Origin: a virus
Lineage: Duplodnaviria > Caudoviricetes
Strand: one strand, 5' to 3'
Virus record (IMG/VR): IMGVR_UViG_3300037589_000110
Span: 1 to 42,922 of that record
Length of the DNA stretch: 42,922 bases
The notes beneath the pieces were generated by a model, which was not told where the DNA came from, searched no databases, and was given only the letters and a program-made list of their open reading frames with translations. The position numbers and the translations under genes are program-made. Below, in pieces: positions 35,529 through 42,922 of this stretch (positions are counted from its first letter, which is position 1; each line of letters starts with the position of its first letter).

Positions 35529-35559
35529 ACCACGACTTCACACAGAGACGAACAACCTG

Positions 35560-35584
35560 ACCGGCCTTGAGCCGGTTTTTCTTT
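35560..35584 (+). terminator. Hairpin plus T-tract after the protease gene
   Basis: ACCGGC-CTTGA-GCCGGT-TTTTCTTT. Confidence 0.5.
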
Positions 35585-35611
35585 GCGCCACACCCTTCGG
35601 AGGTAACTTCC

Positions 35612-35992
35612 ATGGCCAACCAGAAATCCATCACGACCCATGAACGTGGTCGTATCCCTTCCGACCTCGTTCGCTCAATCGGCGGCGACCATTCCTTTAC
35701 TGATTGCATCTTCACGTCGGGCCAAGCTGCAAAGCATGAACTTGGCCAGATCATGAAAGAGGTTGCCGGTGAGATGGTCCCGATCACAGCGGCAGCAGAT
35801 ACCGTAGCCGGTGTTCTGACCTATGACCTCGATGCCACCGGCGCATCCGATGTTGAAGGTTACATCCTCGACACCGACGCTGAAGTCGTAAACCTCGAAC
35901 TCATTTACTTTGACGCTGCCGATGCTGCGGCCAAGGCCACAGTCAACGCAAAGCTCAAGGCACTCGGCATCAAGGTTCGCATCTCCAACTGA
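35612..35992 (+). CDS. Head decoration protein (gpD-like)
   Basis: Between protease and capsid; GGAGG RBS; GVL..D.DAT...L..LGI.VR. Confidence 0.8.
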   Translation: MANQKSITTHERGRIPSDLVRSIGGDHSFTDCIFTSGQAAKHELGQIMKEVAGEMVPITAAADTVAGVLTYDLDATGASDVEGYILDTDAEVVNLELIYFDAADAAAKATVNAKLKALGIKVRISN

Positions 35993-36037
35993 TAGCGCTG
36001 CGACCTCATTCCCCCTCATTTTTCGATAGGAACTGAA

Positions 36038-37063
36038 ATGAACGTCTTTGACATTTTTAACCGCCCGGAGTTTTCGGCTAACGCCCTCACTGAAGCGGTC
36101 AACATCAAACCCAACATGTACGGCCGCCTCGACGAGCTTGGCCTTTTTCCGTTTGTCGGCAAACCCACCACTTATGTGGAAGTCGAGTTCAATGAAGGCA
36201 GGCTCCGCCTTCTCACTACAAAGGAACGTGGCGCACCACCGACAGAGAACGGTCGCGGCAAACGCACAAAGCGGCAAATTCCGATGTTTCATGTGCCACA
36301 ATCAGACAAGCTGATGGCGGATGATATCCAGAATGCCGTCCAGGTTGGCAGCGAAAATGCCCTTGAGAACGTTGCCAGCCTGCTGGATGAGAAACTCGAT
36401 TCCATGCGCGATAACCACCACATCACGCACGAGTTCATGCGCTGGGGCGCTCTCGCCGGCGAACTTATCGATGCCGATGGTGGAACGCTGATCGATTTCT
36501 ACGACGAGTTCGGGATTGTAAAGCCAACCATGAACTTCGCGCTTGACGTTGGAGCGACCAAGGTTTCTGAAAAATGCCGGGCTCTCTCTACTGAGATGGA
36601 AAGGCGCCTCAAGGGCGAGACCATGCGGTATATCCACGTCATGGCATCTCCGGAATGGTTCGAGGATTTCATCGGCCATGAGTCAGTCGCTGCTGCATAT
36701 GACAAATATGCCAGTGAGCAAGAGCCAATGCGCAAGGACGTCCGCAAGGGATTTGTCCATCAGGATATCTTGTTCGAGCAGCATATCGGCGAAGCAACCT
36801 TCACGACCGACGATGGCGCTGCCGTCAATCGGAAGTTTATTCCTGCTGGTGAGGCAATCGCCTTCCCCGTCGGCACCAGGCAGGTGTTCCGCCACTATGG
36901 TGCCCCGGCAGACCGTCTTTCAGAAGTGAATCGGGTCGGCCAGGATATCTACATGTGGCAGCACAAGGACCGCAAAGACCGGTGGCTCGAACTGGAGTCG
37001 CAGGCCAATCCGCTGTTCATCAACCAGCGGCCGGAACTGGTCTACACGCTCTCCGCCGCCTGA
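36038..37063 (+). CDS. Major capsid protein (lambda gpE family)
   Basis: F....LT.A.N..P...G.L..LGLF; T.E..R.GAL.G...D.DG; S.PL....RP. Confidence 0.93.
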   Translation: MNVFDIFNRPEFSANALTEAVNIKPNMYGRLDELGLFPFVGKPTTYVEVEFNEGRLRLLTTKERGAPPTENGRGKRTKRQIPMFHVPQSDKLMADDIQNAVQVGSENALENVASLLDEKLDSMRDNHHITHEFMRWGALAGELIDADGGTLIDFYDEFGIVKPTMNFALDVGATKVSEKCRALSTEMERRLKGETMRYIHVMASPEWFEDFIGHESVAAAYDKYASEQEPMRKDVRKGFVHQDILFEQHIGEATFTTDDGAAVNRKFIPAGEAIAFPVGTRQVFRHYGAPADRLSEVNRVGQDIYMWQHKDRKDRWLELESQANPLFINQRPELVYTLSAA

Positions 37064-37088
37064 TTCTAGGAACTTCAAGCAATCCTGA

Positions 37089-37120
37089 CGCCGCGGCCTC
37101 ATCAGGTCGCGGCGCTTCTC
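37089..37120 (+). terminator. GC-rich hairpin after the capsid gene
   Basis: CGCCGCGGCCT-CATC-AGGTCGCGGCG with a weak pyrimidine tail. Confidence 0.4.
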
Positions 37121-37184
37121 GTGGGATTTGTCCATGCCAGCCATCCTGTTGGCATGCACAAACTTCACATGAAAGGATGACACC

Positions 37185-37655
37185 ATGCCTACAATTTATA
37201 AGGTTCTCGCAAAATCCGGTCTTGAATGCCCGATAGACAAACGGACAAGCAAAACCTATCCGTTCAATTGGGTAGGAGCGCCAGACAAGGAGCATGCCCG
37301 GTATTTTGAGAAGGGCGAAAAGGCAAAGCCGCCGCTCTGCGTCGATATCGAAAAAGAGGCCAAGGCCCACCGCGAACAGGCCGACAAGGCTGCTGCTGAA
37401 GCCGAGAAGAAAGCGGCCGAGCAGGCCAAGAAAGAGCAGGAAGAACTTGTGGCCAAGGCCACGCAAGCGCTCGCCGATGCTACCAACGCTCAGGTCGAAG
37501 CAGCCAAGCAAGTCGAAGCCCTTAAAACCAAGGAAGGCGCGACTGCCGAGCAGAAGGAAGCTGCGCAAAAAGTCCTGCAGGCAGCCAATGCGGCCCTCAA
37601 AGAAGCCGAAGAAAAAGGCGCCGCGCTTGAAAAGCAGCTGAACGCCAACCGCTGA
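37185..37655 (+). CDS. Ala/Lys/Glu-rich hypothetical protein (FI-like position)
   Basis: AAGGA RBS; follows the capsid gene; long low-complexity helix. Confidence 0.7.
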   Translation: MPTIYKVLAKSGLECPIDKRTSKTYPFNWVGAPDKEHARYFEKGEKAKPPLCVDIEKEAKAHREQADKAAAEAEKKAAEQAKKEQEELVAKATQALADATNAQVEAAKQVEALKTKEGATAEQKEAAQKVLQAANAALKEAEEKGAALEKQLNANR

Positions 37656-37657
37656 AC

Positions 37658-38065
37658 ATGACGGGCTGGCACGAGGAAAAGGCCGCACTCTCATCAATGG
37701 TAGATGATGAGTTTGGTCAAACTTCCATCGGCTTTATTCCGATGGCAGAGGGTGCTGGCCCGCAATCCAAACGGACTCCAGACCAGACGCGGCCTGCGAT
37801 ACCTGACCTTTGCGCATTATGGTCAGAGCGTCACGAGCGCTCCGATCTGCGTCGAAACAACCCGCGGGGCGAACGCTTCAAGGAAGCAAACACCGACGTT
37901 TCGAAGATGAACATCTACGTTTCGGTGGATTGCAGAACCATTCCGGTCATTCGCGACGGCGATCGCTTCACGCACAATGGCAAGACCTATGCAGTGGTCG
38001 ACCAGCGTCCGGACGGTGCCATGCGGGTTCGCTGCGACCTCGTGCTGGTCAAAGGTTCAGTCTGA
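37658..38065 (+). CDS. Head-tail joining protein (FII-like)
   Basis: Position in the module; C-terminal GD.F...G..Y.V....PDG......L. Confidence 0.7.
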   Translation: MTGWHEEKAALSSMVDDEFGQTSIGFIPMAEGAGPQSKRTPDQTRPAIPDLCALWSERHERSDLRRNNPRGERFKEANTDVSKMNIYVSVDCRTIPVIRDGDRFTHNGKTYAVVDQRPDGAMRVRCDLVLVKGSV

Positions 38066-39186
38066 TGCTGGCCCGTGCTGCTCTTCGCCTGGCTACGTGC
38101 ATGGCATTAACAAACGGCCGGCAGGAACCCTATCCCACCTCAGCCGGCCGTGAGGTACACGATACAGCCATCAGGGCGCTCCAGCAGGCCGATCCGACCG
38201 AGCAGTTTCAGGTGATGACCGTCTACACCGACGACAGCGAGGCGGCCAACGCCGTTTCCGGTGGCGTCTTCAGACCGGGGCAGATGAACGTTACCCTGTC
38301 GATCGAGTTTGGGTCGGCGGTGAAGGAGAACTTAGACGATGCGCAGGGTTTGAGGTTTCCGGAAACCGAGCCGGAACTCGAGATGAAGCTCGACATTCTC
38401 GAAAGCCAGGTGCTTGCGGTTCTTTTTGAACAACAGTCGGTGTGGGCGCGAAAATGGCGTGAGTTGATCGTCAACATTAACAGCGTCAGCTCGACCCGGG
38501 TTCATTCTGATGACTCTCAGGTCAAGTTTGCCCTGCGTATTCTGAATATCTCGCTCGCAATTGTACCAGACTGCCCGCCCAACCATGGACCGGTGGTTCA
38601 GACGGACCTTGGTCTTGATAGTGTTTTTGCTGCGGCACCAGATGCAACGGTCGAGCAAAAGCAGACGCTGGTCGACCGCATCACTGCCACGCGCCAGATC
38701 CCAGCGCCCTTCGGCACTATCGCCGGTGAGATTGAAAAAGCCAGCTGGGTGCGCGAGCGGCTGGGCGGTGCGGCGATGCAGGAAGTGGAGGCCATCCGTG
38801 CCCAGGCGACCCACAACGCGCCTGACGGCCCGCTGAAAGCCGTTCAGAACGGTTCGGTCAATTCCATGATTGAGCCTTGGGAGATGGTCCTGAGCCTCGA
38901 TCAATACCAGACCAGCGTAAGCGTCGGTTCTGCGCAGCTGGGCGTCGATCATTCTCGCGATATCAGTCCAGACTGGGGCGACGTGGATGATATGGCGCCG
39001 ATCGACTCCGATCAGGCATTCGGCCTGTGGCGCATTTCCGACGGAGCGTGGTTCTACGCCCTGAAGGCACCCGCGCACCCGGCCGTTGCCGCTCTCGGCC
39101 TGAACGACACGCTCGAGGACGCTTTCGAGATTGTCGGCAATGACGGCCGCACGCACACCATCACCGTGACCATTATCGGAACCTAG
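38065..39186 (+). CDS. Tail completion/terminator-like protein with C-terminal VCBS/Ig-like domain
   Basis: TGATG start at 38065; C-terminal G.W.Y.L......AL....TL.D.F.I...DG....ITVTI.G. Confidence 0.6.
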   Translation: MLARAALRLATCMALTNGRQEPYPTSAGREVHDTAIRALQQADPTEQFQVMTVYTDDSEAANAVSGGVFRPGQMNVTLSIEFGSAVKENLDDAQGLRFPETEPELEMKLDILESQVLAVLFEQQSVWARKWRELIVNINSVSSTRVHSDDSQVKFALRILNISLAIVPDCPPNHGPVVQTDLGLDSVFAAAPDATVEQKQTLVDRITATRQIPAPFGTIAGEIEKASWVRERLGGAAMQEVEAIRAQATHNAPDGPLKAVQNGSVNSMIEPWEMVLSLDQYQTSVSVGSAQLGVDHSRDISPDWGDVDDMAPIDSDQAFGLWRISDGAWFYALKAPAHPAVAALGLNDTLEDAFEIVGNDGRTHTITVTIIGT

Positions 39187-39195
39187 GAGATCAGT

Positions 39196-39459
39196 ATGGA
39201 AACCCGTTTCATGAAGCCGGCCGCTGGGCGCATAGTTCGCCACCCAAGCGGCATGCCAGTACGCATCGATGGCGAAGCGCTACCCATGAACCAACATTTC
39301 CTCGCATACGTGCGCCAGGGCGATCTGGTGGACGCTACCGAGGATAAGTCTTCTGCCAAGGTACAGAAAGCCAATGGCAAGAGGACAGAAACCGCAAAGG
39401 CGCTTGAGAGTGACCCAGCGGACAAGCCCACCACCGCAACCAAAAAGAATGAGGATTAA
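39196..39459 (+). CDS. DUF2635 (Mu gp38-like) protein
   Basis: KPA.GR.VR.P......GE...........GDLV, immediately before the sheath gene. Confidence 0.75.
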   Translation: METRFMKPAAGRIVRHPSGMPVRIDGEALPMNQHFLAYVRQGDLVDATEDKSSAKVQKANGKRTETAKALESDPADKPTTATKKNED

Positions 39460-39464
39460 GGCTC

Positions 39465-40964
39465 ATGCCAGTCTCTTTTAACACGATTTCGGGCAATATT
39501 CGCTCTCCGCTCTTCTATGTCGAGACGAACGCCGGATACAATGGTGCCCAGTTTCCGTCCAGGCACCTTCTCATCGGCACCATGCTTGCCGTTGGAACGG
39601 GCGTTCCCGGCCAACCGGTGCTTATGAACAACAACGCCGAAGTGCTGTTCGGCAAAGGCTCCGAGCTCGCTGACATGTACGCAGTCACGCTTCTCAATGC
39701 GGCGGTGCAGGAAGTCTGGTGCCTCCCACTTGAAGAGGCCGCGGCCGGCGTTGCAGCTACCGGCAAAATTACTGTGGCAGTACCAGCCCGTTCCGGCACG
39801 CTGGTCTGGTATATCGGTGGCGTTCGCTACCGTACTGCTGTTTCCAGCACACATACGGCCACGGCCATTCGTGACGCCATGATTGCAGTAGTGCAGGCCG
39901 ACACCAGCGCATTCGTAACCGTAGCCGCGGGAGTGGAAGACGACGAAATCGTCATCACCGCCCGCCACAAGGGCGAGAATGGGAACACCATCGGTATCGA
40001 TGTGGGTCTGCGCAGCGATGATGGTCCACTAGGCGGGGAAATGCTCACCATTGAGCGTATGGCGAATGGAGCTGGCAACCCGGATATCACAGCCGCTCTC
40101 GCGAACCTCGGCGACGAGGAATTCGATTTCATCGGCTTGGCCTACTCAGACACGGCAAACCTCGATGCGATGGAAGCATTCCTCGACAACGAAACGGGCC
40201 GCTGGGCTTACACGCGCCAGCTGTATGGTCTCTGCATCACTGCTCGAAACGGTACTCTGGGCGAATTGGACGCATTTGGCTCCGATCGCAACGACCCGCA
40301 CGTATCAATCATGGGCGTCAACAAATCGCCGTCACCTATCTGGCGATGGGTAGCCGCGGCATCGACGCGGGCTGCTGCGCACCTACAGGATCCGGGAACA
40401 ACAGCGGAGATTTCACGACCGCTCCAAACGCTCGACCTGATTGGCGTGCTACCGCCGAAAGATGCGGCCGACCGGTGGTCGCTCAACGCGCGTAATACCC
40501 TCTATTATTCTGGGATTGCTGCCTACCACGTCGAACGCGATGGAACCGTATCTATCGACCGAATGGTGACCACCTATCAGCTGAACGAGTGGGGTTCGCC
40601 GGATGTTACCTGGCTTGACCTGAACACGCCGGCCCAGATCATGTTTTTCAACCGCTTCATGAAGCAGGCGGTCACCCAAAAGCATGGACGCCAGGCACTC
40701 GCCGATCAGAACCCGTCGGGCAACCCGGGCATCACGACCGCTGCGGACGTCAAGGAAACCATCCAGTTTGCTTATGAAGACCTGGTGCTTCGCGGAGTCT
40801 GCGAGAACCCGGATATTTTCTACAGCAATCTGGTGGTGGAGCGTGATGCATCCGACGCCACGCGTCTGAACTGCTACTGCCCGCCAGACGTGGTCAACCA
40901 GCTGCGCATCTTCGCCATGAACGTGACCACGTTCCTGCAATATCCGGCCTCAATGCGCAACTAA
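39465..40964 (+). CDS. Contractile tail sheath protein (Mu gpL-like)
   Basis: SFN.I....R.PLFY.E, FG.GS.L..M, TARHKG..GN, RPLQTL.L, R.VTTYQ.N..G, VNQLR.FA. Confidence 0.95.
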   Translation: MPVSFNTISGNIRSPLFYVETNAGYNGAQFPSRHLLIGTMLAVGTGVPGQPVLMNNNAEVLFGKGSELADMYAVTLLNAAVQEVWCLPLEEAAAGVAATGKITVAVPARSGTLVWYIGGVRYRTAVSSTHTATAIRDAMIAVVQADTSAFVTVAAGVEDDEIVITARHKGENGNTIGIDVGLRSDDGPLGGEMLTIERMANGAGNPDITAALANLGDEEFDFIGLAYSDTANLDAMEAFLDNETGRWAYTRQLYGLCITARNGTLGELDAFGSDRNDPHVSIMGVNKSPSPIWRWVAAASTRAAAHLQDPGTTAEISRPLQTLDLIGVLPPKDAADRWSLNARNTLYYSGIAAYHVERDGTVSIDRMVTTYQLNEWGSPDVTWLDLNTPAQIMFFNRFMKQAVTQKHGRQALADQNPSGNPGITTAADVKETIQFAYEDLVLRGVCENPDIFYSNLVVERDASDATRLNCYCPPDVVNQLRIFAMNVTTFLQYPASMRN

Positions 40965-41001
40965 GCGCCGCCGCCTTCAAACCCAACAGGAGAACTAAGA
41001 A

Positions 41002-41391
41002 ATGGATTATTCAGATCCGTGCTGCAACGTGCAGGGTGGCGTCATCGAGTTTATCGTTAACGGCGTCCCCTACTCCACCACTGGCGATGTGGTGGTCTAC
41101 CCTTCGCGCTACGAGAGTGAGCATCAGGCGAATAACGACGGCTCCATGTCTGTCCAGAAAACGCCAAAGGTTCCGTCTGCCGAGATCACGTTGCGATCGC
41201 ATTGCGCGTTTGACCCAAGCGAGCTCACCGAGCAGTGCACGCTTGATGTGGTCATCCGGCAACCCACCGCCAAGAAACGCTACATGTTCCCGAAGGCAGC
41301 CATCGTAGGCGACCCTCAGATGAACCTGCAGTCAGGCGAAGTATCCGGGCTGATGGTGGCGTCACCGCACTACAAGCAACGCTCCATCTAG
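41002..41391 (+). CDS. Tail tube protein (Mu gpM-like)
   Basis: 129 aa, directly after the sheath; AGGAG RBS. Confidence 0.8.
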   Translation: MDYSDPCCNVQGGVIEFIVNGVPYSTTGDVVVYPSRYESEHQANNDGSMSVQKTPKVPSAEITLRSHCAFDPSELTEQCTLDVVIRQPTAKKRYMFPKAAIVGDPQMNLQSGEVSGLMVASPHYKQRSI

Positions 41392-41425
41392 CACTGCAAT
41401 CAACCCCAAAACATAGGAGACGGAT

Positions 41426-41827
41426 ATGGACAAGAAAGACGAAACCAAAGGCGCTTCCGCTGCGAATGAAGAGGCGGGAGCGCTCAAGAACATCAAGGAT
41501 ACTGTCAGCGATGACGGCATCGCCGTGCCGCTGTCGAAACCGCTTTCGATTGTTCGAAATGGTGAAGATGTGGAAGTGACGGAAGTCAAGGTGCGCGCGC
41601 CGGACACCGCCTTCTATCTCAAAACCGGCGATTACATGCGTGACCTGACTGCGCGAATGTCGAACGGCGAGCAAGCGTACATGCCTGAACGCATCATGGA
41701 CAAGGTTCTGGCTTATCTCACGAACATGACCGAGCCGTCCCTCACCCGAGGCGATATGGAAGACCTTTCCTTCGCCGACTTCAAGAAGCTCGAGGCGGCG
41801 TTTGATCGGATCATGGAGCCTTTCTAG
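41426..41827 (+). CDS. Tail assembly chaperone
   Basis: V.L.KP......EV.E...R.P...L...DF; between tube and tape measure genes. Confidence 0.8.
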   Translation: MDKKDETKGASAANEEAGALKNIKDTVSDDGIAVPLSKPLSIVRNGEDVEVTEVKVRAPDTAFYLKTGDYMRDLTARMSNGEQAYMPERIMDKVLAYLTNMTEPSLTRGDMEDLSFADFKKLEAAFDRIMEPF

Positions 41828-42030
41828 GTTCGGAAGGGAAACTCACCGGGCCCGGTTCTGCCGACGAGTTCATTGATGAACTCATATGGGGCAAGAAATG
41901 GGGCTGTACCCTTCCGTATGAACAGGTGATTTCCTCTACCCTTACGGGCATCCTTCAATACGGGGACAGGCTGGCCAGCTATATGGAACGCCTGTCTCCA
42001 CCCTCCCCTGAAAATACTCCGGAATCATAG
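41821..42030 (+). CDS. Putative -1 frameshift extension of the tail assembly chaperone (GT-like)
   Basis: The -1 frame is open from CCT-TTC-TAG to TAG 42030 (70 codons including the stop), has no obvious start of its own and ends 2 nt before the tape measure start. Confidence 0.6.
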   Translation, partial: FLGSEGKLTGPGSADEFIDELIWGKKWGCTLPYEQVISSTLTGILQYGDRLASYMERLSPPSPENTPES

Positions 42031-42032
42031 AC

Positions 42033-42922
42033 GTGGCAGGCAAGACCTACGAAGCCAGCGCGGTTATCTCCGCGCACGATCGCGCATCGAGGATCTTTTC
42101 ACGGGTGGGGAGGTCGGCTGACAAAATGTCAGCAAAGGCAGGGCGGACGTTGCGGCGAGCAACCGTAACATCCTTGCGTGCTGCCAAGGTGGTAGGCTTT
42201 GGTGCTGCAGCAAGTTTTGCGCTGGGCATCAAGCGTGCTGCTGAATTCGAAGACAAGATGGCCGACGTTCGGAAAGTGATGGAGTTTGATACTCCTGATG
42301 GTTTTCAGAACCTCAGCACCGAACTCATCGAAATGTCGAAACGCATGCCGAATACGGCTGCGGATTTGGCAGCCATCGCGGCGGTAGCGGGTCAATCGGG
42401 CACAGCGATGCAGGATTTAACTGCGTTCACCGAGCTATCTGCCAAAGCAGCCACTGCGTTCGGTATGTCTGCGGAAGATACGGCTGTCTCGCTGGCTTCC
42501 ATTCGTGAGCAGCTGGGACTCACTCAGCAAGAACTGGAACGAAACGCTGACGTAACCAATGCCCTCGCGAACAACCTGAATGCCACCGAGGCGCAGGTGC
42601 TGAGCTTCAACAAGCGTGTGGCAGCCACGGGCAAGCAGGCGGGCTTCTCGAATGAGCAGACACAGGCGTTCGGTGCATCAATGATCGCCACCGGTGCAGA
42701 AGCCGAAGTCGCTGCAACGAGCTTCCGGAACATGACGAAGGCGCTGACCGCGGGAGACTCGGCCAGCGGGCGTCAGAAAAAAGCACTCAAACTGCTCGGT
42801 ACTACGGCCAAAAAGACTGCGCAGAATATGCAAAAAGATGCAGTTGGCACGGTTATTACCCTGCTGGAGCGTCTGAATGAGCTGCCGGAAGCCTCTCGTG
42901 GTGCCGCATCGCTTGACCTGTT
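42033..42922 (+). CDS. Tail tape measure protein (TP901-type), truncated by the window edge
   Basis: GTG start; A.D.AS..; AAEFEDKMADVRKV...LA.IAA.AGQSG...A.AF. Confidence 0.9.
   Translation, partial: MAGKTYEASAVISAHDRASRIFSRVGRSADKMSAKAGRTLRRATVTSLRAAKVVGFGAAASFALGIKRAAEFEDKMADVRKVMEFDTPDGFQNLSTELIEMSKRMPNTAADLAAIAAVAGQSGTAMQDLTAFTELSAKAATAFGMSAEDTAVSLASIREQLGLTQQELERNADVTNALANNLNATEAQVLSFNKRVAATGKQAGFSNEQTQAFGASMIATGAEAEVAATSFRNMTKALTAGDSASGRQKKALKLLGTTAKKTAQNMQKDAVGTVITLLERLNELPEASRGAASLDL

Larger units (their letters stand above)
931..42922. mobile_element. Temperate prophage with lambda-like head and Mu-like contractile tail; right end lies outside the window
   Basis: Integrase, cI/cro-like pair, replication initiator, cos, terminase, portal, capsid, sheath, tube and tape measure genes in canonical order next to a tRNA 3' end. 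Confidence 0.95.

Noticed and set aside
37162-37177. Second parS-like sequence (CTTCACATGAAAG)
   Set aside because: Weaker match and it overlaps the RBS of the next gene

Overview
The window starts with about 0.9 kb of alphaproteobacterial host DNA: a terminator, tRNA-Pro(TGG), an ETC complex I subunit (NDUFS4-like) gene and tRNA-Arg(TCT). A large, apparently intact temperate prophage begins right after tRNA-Arg and runs off the right edge. Its leftward early operon (about 11.2 kb to 1 kb) encodes a GapR/DUF2312 fusion, an AAA ATPase, an Xis-like protein, a tyrosine integrase, a HerA-like ATPase, three small paralogues (two ending in SSB-like DDIPF tails), a Gp37Gp68 protein, a ParB-like protein and a receiver-less CtrA-like DNA-binding protein. 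Next come a cI/cro-like switch, a moron of two secreted proteins, and a C4-type antisense RNA cassette in front of the replication initiator, which carries internal iterons. Further right are HicAB, DHH and HD hydrolases, a DnaA-C-terminal-domain protein, a putative late promoter and terminator, fibre-like genes, a lambda-like cos site, a lambda-type head module (terminase with an Ala-start class 3 intein) and a Mu-type contractile tail whose tape measure gene is truncated by the edge. Four orphan DNA methyltransferases are spread across the prophage. The strongest candidate for an undescribed system is apparent mimicry of the host cell-cycle circuit: CtrA-, GapR-, DnaA- and ParB-like proteins together with CtrA-box, DnaA-box and parS-like motifs at phage control regions. 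The C4-like RNA gate on replication and the SSB-tail mimics are also notable. All family assignments come from reading motifs by eye; no database search was run.
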